The notes beneath the pieces are model-generated. The model made no database searches and had not been told where the DNA came from. It saw only the letters and a list, made by a program, of their open reading frames with translations. A stretch of 64,000 nucleotides of DNA from Penicillus capitatus (taxonomy: Eukaryota > Plantae > Chlorophyta). This document shows positions 13,173-24,326 of the stretch, one piece after another (within the stretch, counting starts at the first letter, position 1; every line of letters starts with the position of its first letter). The DNA lies in contig OZ287710.1 of NCBI GenBank assembly GCA_965649825.1, forward strand, positions 425,639 through 489,638, read 5' to 3'. Position numbers and translations under genes: made by a program.

Positions 13173-14454
13173 CTAGTGCTCAAGAGGAAGAAGAGACAAA
13201 TGACCCTCCATGACGATCTCGTTCATGTTCAAATCCTCAACTTCTCCACTAAGATACGCTATTCTGTTAAAACAGAACAAACAAGATCAAGGGCAGGATC
13301 ATAGAACAGCGCCATGCTGTATGTATCTATACCTCGCTGTTTTGTTCTCGACATCGAGTTGCTGAATTCGGACCATATACCATTTCTGATCATCCGGCCA
13401 GAACAACTACCGATGCAAGCAGGCATTGGTGTCGATGGAATAGGCAAAGATGGAACAGAAGACCTCGGCTTCTCTGCCGATGAGAGCTTCTGTAATGTCA
13501 TTGGATGTTACCAAACGACCGTGTGGTTTTGGAGATGTCTGTGGTGCTGTCGACTGCGCGATTGCCATCTGCACACATACACGCACCGTGTCTCGACACG
13601 AAGAAGAGGGAGATAGAGGAGGCACTGTTGCTCTCGATTGAGCACATGTATCATCTGGTTTCTTCCTCTTTGTCCCGCTTGGAGCTCTTGCTCGACCTCT
13701 TTCCCTTTCTGTCACAATCTCAAACAGAGTCGGATACTGATTCATCAGTTTGAACATCCTCAGACTGCCACGCCACATCCCAACCACAGAATCATGTCAC
13801 GATGGACGTGGATTACCGTTCATTCTGATCCAACTTGGCACCATAATAGAAGGCAACAGCGTAGAGCCACGAGTCTGAATGGACAGCAACAAGTGCCAAC
13901 CAATCTCTATCATACGAGTCCAACGACAGCATCGCGTCACTAGTGCCTAACAGAACCATGTTTACCTCTTCTGCATGCCGTCTCGCGCAAAGTTGATTCC
14001 AAGACATGGTTCAGGTAATTCAGGAGGAACCTCTTCGGATGGGAGGTCCACAGACCAGGTCCCGTCTCGATCACCTGATCGTTGCCACAACCGTTCGCAT
14101 GAGATCATCGTCCCATTTTCTTCAGGAGTACCGTATAGGCAAAGGTTCTCTCGTTCTGGATCACACTGCTGATAGAATTCGTCCAGGTCTGCACATCACC
14201 GCTATCAGTTCGGATGAGGCCATACAAAAAAAGGAACGACGCCACAGAACGGCAAAGAGGCGACAGCAAAGACAGAAATGAGGTCTGTCTACTAAACGCA
14301 ACGGCATCTCATGGTCTTCTTTGCAGTAAAAAATGAAACGAGCGAACTACATCACGTACTGTTTTTTACCATCAGTGAGCGCTCTCATAAGTCCGGCGCG
14401 TCGGCCGCGGTAGTCTTCAAAAATGTCGTCGACCGTTTTCGGGTGCTCGCTCAT
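13173..14454 (-). CDS. Alfin (PAL)-domain protein with C-terminal Tudor-like domain and no PHD finger
   Basis: [65 protein letters not shown]; C-terminus LIGREAE|[10 protein letters not shown]...[11 protein letters not shown]. Confidence 0.9.
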
Positions 14455-14668
14455 CTTTCCTCTTCCTTCTGTGCGTCTTCGGCTCTGCTAAGAGATAGAA
14501 TATACGGAGTGGTTCTTCTGCGCAGTAGTGCCTGCGCTGAATAAGAAAAAGCGACGGTTACGAGTCTTGGCTCAAGTTTGTTTTTGAGGGAGACCACAAG
14601 TCAACGAACAAAACGGGACAACCGTACAGCGAAAACCAGCTAGCTTCGAGGGATTAAATTGCCTGATA

Positions 14669-16712
14669 ATGTGCGGAATCCTCTGTCTGTTGCGGAAAGC
14701 GGTGATCGACGAGGATGTCCTTCGGGTTTGCGGTCTGACATGCAGTACATGCCGAGAGAATTTCGAGACATTGTACGAAGCAAGAATAGAAGACTTCTAT
14801 GAAACTCTGAGCAGAAGAGGGCCCGATTTATTCGCTCAGATTCAGGTTATGGCTCAGATGATTTCACATGGCGACTGAAAACGGGTGTCTTGTCGATGGA
14901 AGGATGAGGCGGGAGGGGATGAAATCCAGATACACATAGCAGGATCTCTGTTGCAGCTTCGAGGAAAAGAGATTCGCCCTGCCGTGTGCACGGATGACAG
15001 CAAGAATGTACTCGTCTTCAATGGAGAGATCTATGCTGGTCTGGATGTCACTGAGGATGACAATGACACGGAGGCACTCTTCTGTGCACTTCGGGAAGCA
15101 CACCATCCACCAAGTGTGCTGTGATTCAAAGAAGAATGGGTGTCGGATGCGCTTACTGATACCTTTGCAGATATTGTTCATCTGTTCCGTTCCATCAAAG
15201 GACCTTGGTCTTTTGTCTTCTGGAAGCCAGAGAACAAAGAGTTGTGGTTTGGAAGAGATGCCTTTGGTTGATTTCCGACATGTTCTTCTTTGTGTGAGGC
15301 CAACAGATGTGCGTTGTGTTTGTCAGGGAGAAGAAGTCTACTGTTTCATTACGATCCCCGCATTCAGCAATGCATTTTATCATCTACTGTTCCACTGAAC
15401 GGAGATGGCAAGTGGCTGCACACAAGAGAAATTCCTCCTGGAATTTATCGATGGAAAGTATCCAATGCGGAACGGAGAGATTGTCTAAGGATTGAACATC
15501 AGTGGACAGAGATCGTCGCAGCAAGATCTCTGTCGTTTTCATCGATAGAGGTTGCGGCTGATGCATTTCTGGAGAGACTGAGACACTCTGTAAAAGTGAA
15601 GACACATTCTCAGAACAGCAGCCAAGTGAAATGGATCTCCTGCAGATTCGGTATGAAATGGCAAACGCAGCAGCAGACGATCTATCCTCCCCCGTCCTCC
15701 TTCTTTTTAGTGGCGGTGTGGATTCGACATTATTAGCAGCTATGCTTCATGAAGCAATGCCGCATGAATCGCCGATCGATCTGTGCAATGTCACCTTCAA
15801 CAGCGACGAGGCTCCCGACAGAATCAGTACTCTGTCGTGCATATGTCTTTCGAACATGGAGGATATTGCAGATTCGATATCAGCATTGGAGGCGTTGATA
15901 GCATGGGCACCTGAGAGGGAATGGAGATTGATTTGCGTGGACTCTAATCTTGCAGAAATGGAGAGATTCAAGTGGCCTGTTCTCTGTCTGATTTGGATGC
16001 ATTCGTGGTTCCCTTCTAGGGATCGAGTCTTGGCACTTATACGTCCCTGCAACACGATCATGGATATGAACATTGGATCAGCCATTTGGCTGGCAGCACA
16101 GGCAGATGGGTATCTTCATCCCTCAGGCACAACATACACATCTCGTGCTCGAATTGTCTTCGTCGGACATGGTGCTGATGAACAGTGTGCCGGATACGCT
16201 CGTCACCGAACTAAGTGCGAAGCACTTCTCACTGAACCACTTTTTGGAATCACGATTTCAGATATCGAGAGGGGGGATGGTCCTGCGTCGAGGATGAACT
16301 CACTCTTGAGATGTCCAGATTGTGGACGAGAAATCTGGGCAGAGATGATCGACTCATATCAGATCATGGCAGAGAAGCCAGACTTCCCTTTCTCGATGAG
16401 CACGTTGTTTCCTTTCTGCGGCAGATTCCTCTGGAATTTTTGTTCGATCCCAGTCAGCCACGAGGTGCGGATCGACCATTGTATAAAGAAACATTCTGCT
16501 GACCCCCCTGTGATCTAGGCGTTGGAGAGAAGATCCTCCTGCGAGAAGCCCTTCGGCGTTTGGGTCTGGCCAGTATCTCGACAAGAGAGAAGAGAGCAAT
16601 TCAATTTGGGTCTCACATCAGCAAATTAACAAACAGAGATCAGTTTGGCAGCAACAGAGCTGCGAACAGACATCAAGCTGGAACACGTCGTCTTAACAAC
16701 GACAGACCATAA
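14669..16712 (+). CDS. ASNSD1: Asparagine synthetase domain-containing protein (ASNSD1-like), spliced
   Basis: MCGIL N-terminus, LSRRGPD, FNGEIY, FGRDAFG|[48 protein letters not shown]. Confidence 0.9.
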
Positions 16713-16740
16713 CAAATCATGGCATCGCTTCACAATCGCT

Positions 16741-16798
16741 GCCATAACACTGCATCCATCAAGAAACACCGAGTGTTTCCATCATAAACAGTGTAGGC
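16741..16798 (-). other. SECIS-like stem-loop in the 3' UTR of the Rdx selenoprotein (atypically short)
   Basis: Minus-strand RNA: GCCU-ACACUG-UUU-AUGAU-GGAAACAC-UCG-GUGUUUCU-UGAU-GGAUG-CAGUGU-UAU-GGC. This gives helix I, a UGAU/UGAU quartet and an 8-bp helix II, 33-90 nt downstream of the stop. Confidence 0.6.
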
Positions 16799-16830
16799 AA
16801 ACAACTGTTATGCATCGAGTGATATTGTAA

Positions 16831-17180
16831 CTAAGGGTTGTCAGACGTAGAAATAGCCTCAATCTCATCAATGATATTCTTAGCAACCTGTTCAGTGGCA
16901 GAAACAGAATGCGGTTCTCCAGTTTGAAATTTCGACCAAAGAGTGATATCCGTCGCACCACGTCTAACCAGACAAATATTTGCATCCTCTCAAAGAGAAT
17001 GGCCATTGTTTACTTCCAAACGACTTCGAATGCGCCTGTTCGAGGAGCTCCTTGCGGATTCGGACGAATCGCAAAACGGTTCGGGAACTTTGCCTCTAGA
17101 CGATCACGAAGCAGATCGAAACGTGGTGCGTAGTTTCATCTGATGCAGTATTCGATGTCGATATCTTGCTTCGACGCCAT
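16831..17180 (-). CDS. Rdx-family (SelW/SelH-like) selenoprotein, 99 aa, in-frame UGA = Sec at codon 15
   Basis: Exons 17180-17014 and 16963-16831 (50-nt GT-AG intron) total 300 nt: MASKQDIDIEYCIR[U]NYAPRFDLLRDRLEAKFPNRFAIRPNPQGAPRTGAFEVVWKRGATDITLWSKFQTGE... CxxU motif plus GAFEV and WSK. Not in the supplied ORF track. Confidence 0.88.
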
Positions 17181-17370
17181 GACGACGCCTCTTGTTCGAA
17201 TGAGAGCGCGATTTGGACGCGGGTTCCGAAGAACGATTCTCAGTCTATGTGATGCCCGATTTGTCAACATCAGCGAAACCAACGGGGAGATCCAACACTG
17301 GATCGCTCAAAAGCGTTTGGTGAATGAATAAATCGGACATCTCTGGATGAGACGTCGACGCATCATCATC

Positions 17371-17722
17371 ATGCAGCTGTCGACTTCGTTCTTAGGTAAT
17401 CAACTCCGCGCCACTCGTGCGGCCTCTGCACTCAATGCCAGTGGAACGATGTCTACGGCGACGCGCCAAGTGACGACAATGGCCAAGAAGAAAGGCGTGA
17501 GAATGATCGTCACGTTGGAGTGTACAGAAGCACGAGCCCTGGGGAAACCCCCTTCCCGTTATACGACTGAGAAGGTCAGCAAAACGCATCCTAATCACAT
17601 CCTCTCTACTGAGACGGGCCTCTTCTACTGTGCAGAATAAACGCAACACACCGGATCGCCTTGAGCTGATGAAGTACAACCGCTTTTTAAGAAGACACAC
17701 TTTGCATCGAGAGATCAAATAG
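17371..17722 (+). CDS. rpl33: Plastid ribosomal protein L33, nuclear-encoded with transit peptide
   Basis: Transit peptide, then [18 protein letters not shown]...SRYTTEK|[28 protein letters not shown]; 61-nt intron at 17575-17635. Confidence 0.93.
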
Positions 17723-17859
17723 AGATGTCTCCCAATTAGTATCTGTGGAAACTGAGTTTCCATTTGGGCACTGAATGCGTGTCAAGCATACGGATCGGTG
17801 CGATGAAATACACTGACGATTTTGAAGAGCATCAAGATTATGGCCGTTTGTTTGTTGGA

Positions 17860-18538
17860 TCATTCATTAAAGTGAATGGCACCAGATTTCAACACAACCA
17901 CAAAGGTACCTAGCATCGTCGCCGAAATCAATATGAAGCTGCACGCCAAGACCTGTCGACCAAACAAGAGGGGTATGGCGATGCCAGAGAAGATTAGGGA
18001 TCGTTCTTACAATCTGCGTCGTGGTGATGTTGTAAATGAAATTCCACCAAGGCTCGATATCTTCTTTGGATTCGAGTTCGGCAGGAAAGAGATCAGTTTT
18101 GGAAGAAAGGGGAGAGGAGGAGGACATGTCAAATGGATTCACTGCTTTACCGCTGGCCGACGAAAAGGACAATCCAGGATCCACAGTGGCTGTTTTGGCG
18201 TTTTCATCTGCCATTCCTTCGTCTGCGACGATCTCATTCATCGAATCAGAAGCAAATTGATTATTGAGAAGCTCTTCGAAATCGGGCCCCGCATAGTCCT
18301 TTCTGTCTCGACTCGTCAAACGTCGCACTTGTGCCGCTCCCTCATCAAAGGTACCAAGGTCTGAGCAAAACAGAATCTTGAGGAGATGGTAGTGACAAAA
18401 ACAGACCCGACCAGTTTCGGGATCTCGTTCAGCTAAAAGTCTTGATCCTCTGTGACGCTGCACGAAACGCTTTCTTTGCCATCGAACAGGTCTTGGTCCG
18501 CAAGTACAATTGAATCTGGACTGAGGAGAGAGAATCAT
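17860..18538 (-). CDS. Uncharacterised putative plastid membrane protein (transit-peptide-like start, C-terminal TM)
   Basis: Arg/Ser-rich N-terminus, acidic middle, EPWWNFIYNITTTQI|VLVFSFILISATMLGTFVVVLKSGAIHFNE*. Confidence 0.65.
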
Positions 18539-18652
18539 TTCCAACGGGACAGTTTGTAGCTGCGAGCACGTCAATAACACCCACCACCTTGAGAGGTTCT
18601 CAACGCAGCAGCGGTGAATGGCGTTTTGATCGTCATCTATCGCTTCACCGAA

Positions 18653-19424
18653 ATGTCGATGCGACGACAGGCCCTGTCGTCGACCGGGCTGAGGAAACCG
18701 ATGGTGCCGCGGGTAAGGGTGCTATCGCTGTGTTCTGGAGACGACTCGTCAGTCTGAATGTCTTAACTTGTTGCAGTGTCCTCGATTGGCACCCGTCACT
18801 TTTTGGATCCATCACAAGTGGATGGTGGTTTGTGGGGCTGGCTTCGATCCAAATCCTACTCCACCAAAGAAGAAGAAGGAAGAGGCGGTGGATGAGAGAC
18901 AACAATGTACTCTGATGACATGCGACTTCTGTAGACGATCAAGTCAGCAGAGACTTTGGACCTTGATGATTCTGAGATCGAACGACGACTGGTAAATGGA
19001 CACTCGCATTTGCCGATCTGATGGGCATAGTGGTCGCTGATCATGTCAGATGCAACGAAAACTCCGTCGCAAGACTAAGGACACGAACAGCGGAACTGGC
19101 GCTTTCAAGGTGAATACTGAATCTGTCCCAGCTGCAGTGAACACAGACTTGGAGACAACAGCCATCTATGTTCTGACAACACTTTTTGGTCTGATACTGC
19201 TGAATGGATTCGTTCTTGCGGCAGCTGTGAGCAATGGATTCTCTGTTGGCTATTCCTTCCCTACTTATTGATGGATGATTTAGGGATTTCTGCCGAAGGA
19301 AGTGGACTCCTTTGCCGAAAAGATTCTGTATCCATCCTTCACGCCTGTGGTGCTTGTCTTTCTGGCCTGCTCGACTGCGTATGGAGTTTGGAAGACACGG
19401 GAGGAGAAGGAATCAGATGCTTGA
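18653..19424 (+). CDS. LPA2: LOW PSII ACCUMULATION 2-like thylakoid protein, spliced
   Basis: LFGLILLNGFVLAAA|GFLPKEVDSFAEKILYPSFTPVVLVFLACSTAYGVWK matches the recalled LPA2 C-terminus (GFLPEEWD...YLYPxFTP). Confidence 0.8.
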
Positions 19425-19456
19425 ATCTGTCTGCGTCTCGATAAACGTTTTTCGTA

Positions 19457-22298
19457 ATGCATCGTGTTTTTGTGTTTCCACGTCGCTGCGCCAAAGCGTC
19501 GTTGTCCATTTTCTGTCCATCCTTGACTTCTCTCGTAGATAGCCGCGTCGAGAACCAGATCTGCGTCAAACGCTGTCCACAACAGACATCGCAGTCAACG
19601 CGATCGATCTTCACAAGGTTGTTCCGTGGACCTCGTGCTGAAAGAGAGAAGGCAGAACGCACGGCATGTGGCCACACATGGACAGATAGCTACAAGTTGA
19701 TCTCCCTGCCCAGAAATATCTCATCCGAGTCGCCAACTGTTCCCGCGACAGATGGTTGGAAGAGGGCGGAGAGCCATTGCGGACATATCTGCTGGATGAG
19801 ACAGAGTACACGAAGCAGTTTCTAAAAGGGAAACTGAAACACCTCAAGGATTTCAGGAAACAGATTCGAGAGGCATCGGCGCCTGTTGTGAGTGGAAAGA
19901 CCAGTAATGACTCTCCACCTTCCCTTTCTGTGCTCAGATCGAGTTTCCTGAAGTGTGGTGGCCTTATGAATACTGGACGGAACCATCTGAAGCAGATCCA
20001 GACGACCAGGCATTTTACCGAAAGAACTTGGAAAAGAAGGACGCGAAACCGCAGTTGCTCGTAGATACAGGCACGCTTGAGGATGACTATGGACAAACAG
20101 GTGCTGCTGAGAGAGCTTTGCTTCTGTATTAAACCGTTCACTGGTTTCTCTAGGAGTGGGCGGCATCAAGATGTCTCCCTGTCAGAATCTGCTTGCAATG
20201 TTGACAGAGTTTGAGAAAGGTTCAGAATCCTATATAATTCACATCCTCGATCTCGAGAAAGGTGAGTGCCCAGCCTATTTAACCACTGCGTGAAGATTCG
20301 CCTGCCAACAGAACAAGTGCTGGAAGATGAGATTGTCCATCCAAATGTCTCCGGATGCGAATGGTCCAAGGACAGCAAGAAGCTTGTTTACACGACGCAT
20401 GACACGCAGAATCGGCCACACAAAGCGCATTCCGAGGATTTCATGTTTGATTCTGAATGACATGTTTAGGTCTGGGTACATACACTGGGAACCTCCATCA
20501 AGGAAGATCAGTGCATACTGGAAGAGAATGACCCCAAATTCTATCTGCACGTCGGCACAACGAAGAGTCGAGAGTTCTTAGTGATCACTGCCGCGTCAAA
20601 GATGTCTTCGGAAGTACATCTTTTGCCTGGAGCTGTCAACACGCCGTATGCACTGACTTTGGTCCAAGAGCGTCAACCAGGGCTTGAGTACTTTGTTGAG
20701 TGCTGGAAAGACAGGCTTGTCATCTTGGCAAACGATACGTCTAGTGGGAACTATGCTTTGAGCTCAACAAAGATGGCTACACCTCATAAGGAGAACTGGG
20801 AGATTCTGATCGACGAAAACGATGAATTCGTCATCGAAGACCTGGAAATGAACCACAGAAAGTGAGAGCCTGTTGTTGAAGAGCATTTCGTCCATTTTCT
20901 GCCTTAGATGTGTTTTGTTGACAAGATCTTTTAGAGGACAGGAGCTGAAGGTCATTGATTTGGATGTGGATCCGAGGACTCCCTTAAATGTGCCGCTCCC
21001 AGAGTGGTGTCGGCAGATTACACTTGGTGCAAATCTGGATTTTCTCTCCGATAACTTCTGTTTTTTCATTTCGTCGCCAATTCAAAAAACACAAGCTTTC
21101 GAGTACAACTTCGCGACCAAGGAATGTCTGCCAGATCCACACCAAGTACTACTTTGTGTACACTGTTTGTCAGGTTTTGCGATACACGTTTTGGTAGGAG
21201 ACGTCGATTCCGTTTTCCAGTGATGACTACGTTTGCAAAACGGAGATGTCAAGAGCATCCGACGGAGCGATGGTATTCCTTCAGTAAACTCTTCGAGAGA
21301 TCGCTAATCAGCTCTTGGATTCAGATACCGTTGACAATCGTTCACAAGAAGGAATTGGTGCTTGATGGCAGCCATCCCTGCCTACTTGAAGTCTATGGGG
21401 CCTATGGGCATGCTTTGGATCTCGGCTTTCAAGCGCATCGAACACCTTTGCTTACTCACGGATGGATTGTAAGCTTCTCCTGCCATTCATAAAGGCACCT
21501 GGTTCTTAGTTAGCATTTGGACATGTCCGAGGCGGCGGAGAATTCGGCCGACTCTGGCACAAAATGGGAAGACTAGAGAAAAAGCAAAACTCTATCTCAG
21601 ACTGTGTGCATGCTATGCAGCATCTCATTTCGGGAGGTAAGCTTGTCGATCCGGTCTCCATCCATTTGACTGCACGAATCGCTTGCAGGTTACACAAGTG
21701 CTGGTCAAATCGCACTGGAAAGTTTCAGTGCTGGAGGCGTTGTTGCAGGTGCTGTCATCAACAGTCATGCAAATCTGTTGCTTGCAGCTATTCTACAAGT
21801 TCCCTTCCTGGATGTCTTGACAGTGTTGACAGATGAAAACCAACCGTTGACTGTTCACGAATATGAAGAATGGGGAGATCCACACAATCCCGACGACTTC
21901 GTCAGAGTAGCATCACTCTTGTCACTTTACTGCCGTCGAAGTATCTTCTTTGCCCAGATAAGGAGTCTGTGTCCATATCAGAACATAAAAGCAGGCGAGT
22001 ATCCAAGCGTCTTTGTGAGCTGTGGTTTCAACGATTCCCGCGTCCCTGTATGGGGTCCAGCCAAATGGGTCGCCAAAATGAAGGAAAACCAAGTAAGAAG
22101 GATCAGAGTTCGTTTTCAAAGTTAAATGCTTTCATTCAGAGATCGGATGCAAAGATCTTTCTTCATGCGGATTTTGAAGGGGGGCATTTTAGTTCCGAGT
22201 CCGAAAGGAATGATCTGAGGGATCTCCAATACTCTTACTTGATGCATCTTTGGGAACAATACTGTCGGATAAAAATCCCCAGACAGGCAATAGCTTAA
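19457..22298 (+). CDS. S9A prolyl-oligopeptidase family (oligopeptidase B / PREPL-like), spliced
   Basis: LLEVYGAYG, HVRGGGEFG, KQNSISD, nucleophile elbow ESFSAGG, AAILQVPFLDV, HEYEEWGDP, CPYQNI, DSRVPVW, GGH. Confidence 0.88.
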
Positions 22299-22678
22299 GA
22301 ATCTGCCGATCTGTTTACGACGAATGTCGTGAGTCCAACAACGCTCGTTTGAGAAAGAGCATCTAGTTGCTTCCGTCCTCTGCGGATCAGGTGCTCTATG
22401 AGCTCAACTTCCCCTCGACGTAGATGTTGATTTCTGAACAACGGTGTGTCTTTGGAAAAGGTGTTTCGACGAACGCTCTACTTTCTGAACTCTTCCCGCA
22501 CTCGTCGCCGTAGCTCGTGCTTGAATGGTGGTGTCTTTCCCTTAGCGACTCGAAGAAAGCTTCTGTAGAGATGCAGTACCTGTATCTGTTCACCTGTAAG
22601 ACGCAATCGTCATATTCGCGAAGCACACTTGTAGCCCAGATCGACGTGGCCAGAAGAACATGATTATCAGAGAAACCG

Positions 22679-24266
22679 TTAAATTCTAGCCACAGCCCAA
22701 GAAACACCAATTCTGAAATATTTCAAGCAAATACATGATCATAGGCATAGTAAGTGAATAGTCTTCTGATGCTTTTTACTCCTCGAAAGACTTGGCAAAT
22801 GCTTCAATGATATTTGTCTCCTCTGTATAATGGAAGTAGTCTCTTTACTGAGGACAATGCATATCGAGGTTACCTGATAGAACAGGGAAATCTGCCTTCA
22901 TACACATCTCATCACAAATCTTGAGTCCAGCACTGCGACCCTGGCCGCTGTTGCAGAGGTACTTTCTTAATGCTGGGCGCATGCTGACATTGAGAATAGC
23001 ATGCACTGTTTCATCGATGGGATGAACAATGAAAGGAATAGTGGCCAGACCGCAGAAGGTGGGGACACTTTTCTCCACCAGTCCAGCAACGGTGTCCGTG
23101 TTGGTTCCAAACGTGGCAGCCGTGCTGGACAGAGCAGCTGCTACGGCAGGAGCCATCATCTGTAGGATAGGTAGGAAATGATTTTCAGACAGTTTTTGTG
23201 CTGAATGCTGCTTACGTTCGGAGCGTCGATGTGCAAACCATTCTGAAGCAGATAATGTACAAAAGCAACGACCGTGTGAATGGTGTATCCTGTATCAGAA
23301 GTCAACTGTTGTTTCACTTCTGCCAATGAAAGCGTGAGTGGAAATAGACCTGGAATGATGACAGATGCCAGCAGTTGCCAAACAACGGTGTCAATGGACC
23401 GTTCGACTGCCAGTAAGCTAGTCAACCTGTGAATGTACACACCAGAGGTTTTGTTGTCATGGCAAAAGTGGTGATTGTTACCTTCCTGTGTTGACAGTTC
23501 CATTCGTCTCAGTTTGATTTTTCTTGAGCTCGGATGATGCTTTTCTGTATGCTTTGACTCCTTTGTCTCTTGTGTCGAAGAGGACATAGGAAACAGCGAC
23601 AGCATAAGAAAGAGGAACACCTCCAACTGGAAGCCATGCAGCAAAAGCCTCTCTATGCAGAGAGCAGAGCATGAATATATATCCAGCAAGCTCAAAGACA
23701 GATGTGCTTACCCCAACTCATTCGCATATCCAAGATAGCGAAGGGGACCATCCCTCAAAGGATCAAACTCGTCCTCCTCTTCTGTTTCTCTGAACCTGGC
23801 CACCTCTGTTCGATAACATTATGCAGTCAGTCACCATTGAGGTAAAAACAGGAGAACCTGTCGATGGGAAGTTGCCAGGCTCTCTCACTGGAAAGAAACC
23901 GGCATCGTCATCGGTACTCTCTGTCGGATAGTCAACAGCGGGAGAAATAATACCCTCACTGCGAGTGTGGATCAAAACAACAGAAATCTCATAACACGCT
24001 TTTCAGTGAGTCAGTTGGACGGACCATTCGATTTTCTGTCCTTTGCCATTGTTTGTATACCCATTTTCCTTTGCGCTCTCAACAATTCCTTCAGGTGGAC
24101 TCACCGGTGGAGAGGAGTCCGACGAAGACTCGGACGTGGAGGAACAGATAACCCTCCGAACTCGAAGAGAACACGCCGCTCTTCTCGCAAGAGGACGTCT
24201 AACTGTACTGGCGACGAGAGGGACCTTGGCGCGACTGACGATCCTCGAAGCAGAGGCGGTGAACAT
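22679..24266 (-). CDS. MTP18/MTFP1-domain protein with plastid-type transit peptide, spliced
   Basis: DPLRDGPLRYLGYANELG|EAF, SYAVAVSYVLFDTRDKG, DTVVWQLLASVIIPG|YTIH, GLATIPFIVHPID. N-terminus MFTASASRIVSRAKVPLVASTVRRPLARRAACSLRVRRVICSS. Confidence 0.85.
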
Positions 24267-24326
24267 TTCAAGTAAATGATTTGTTGAGAACAATCGCATC
24301 AAACGATCAATCGGCGCTGTACAGAA

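Noticed and set aside
22396-22710. 104-aa minus-strand ORF
   Set aside because: Out of frame with the best-supported MTFP1-like final exon (stop 22679) and has no family signal; treated as 3' UTR, though an alternative exon is not excluded.
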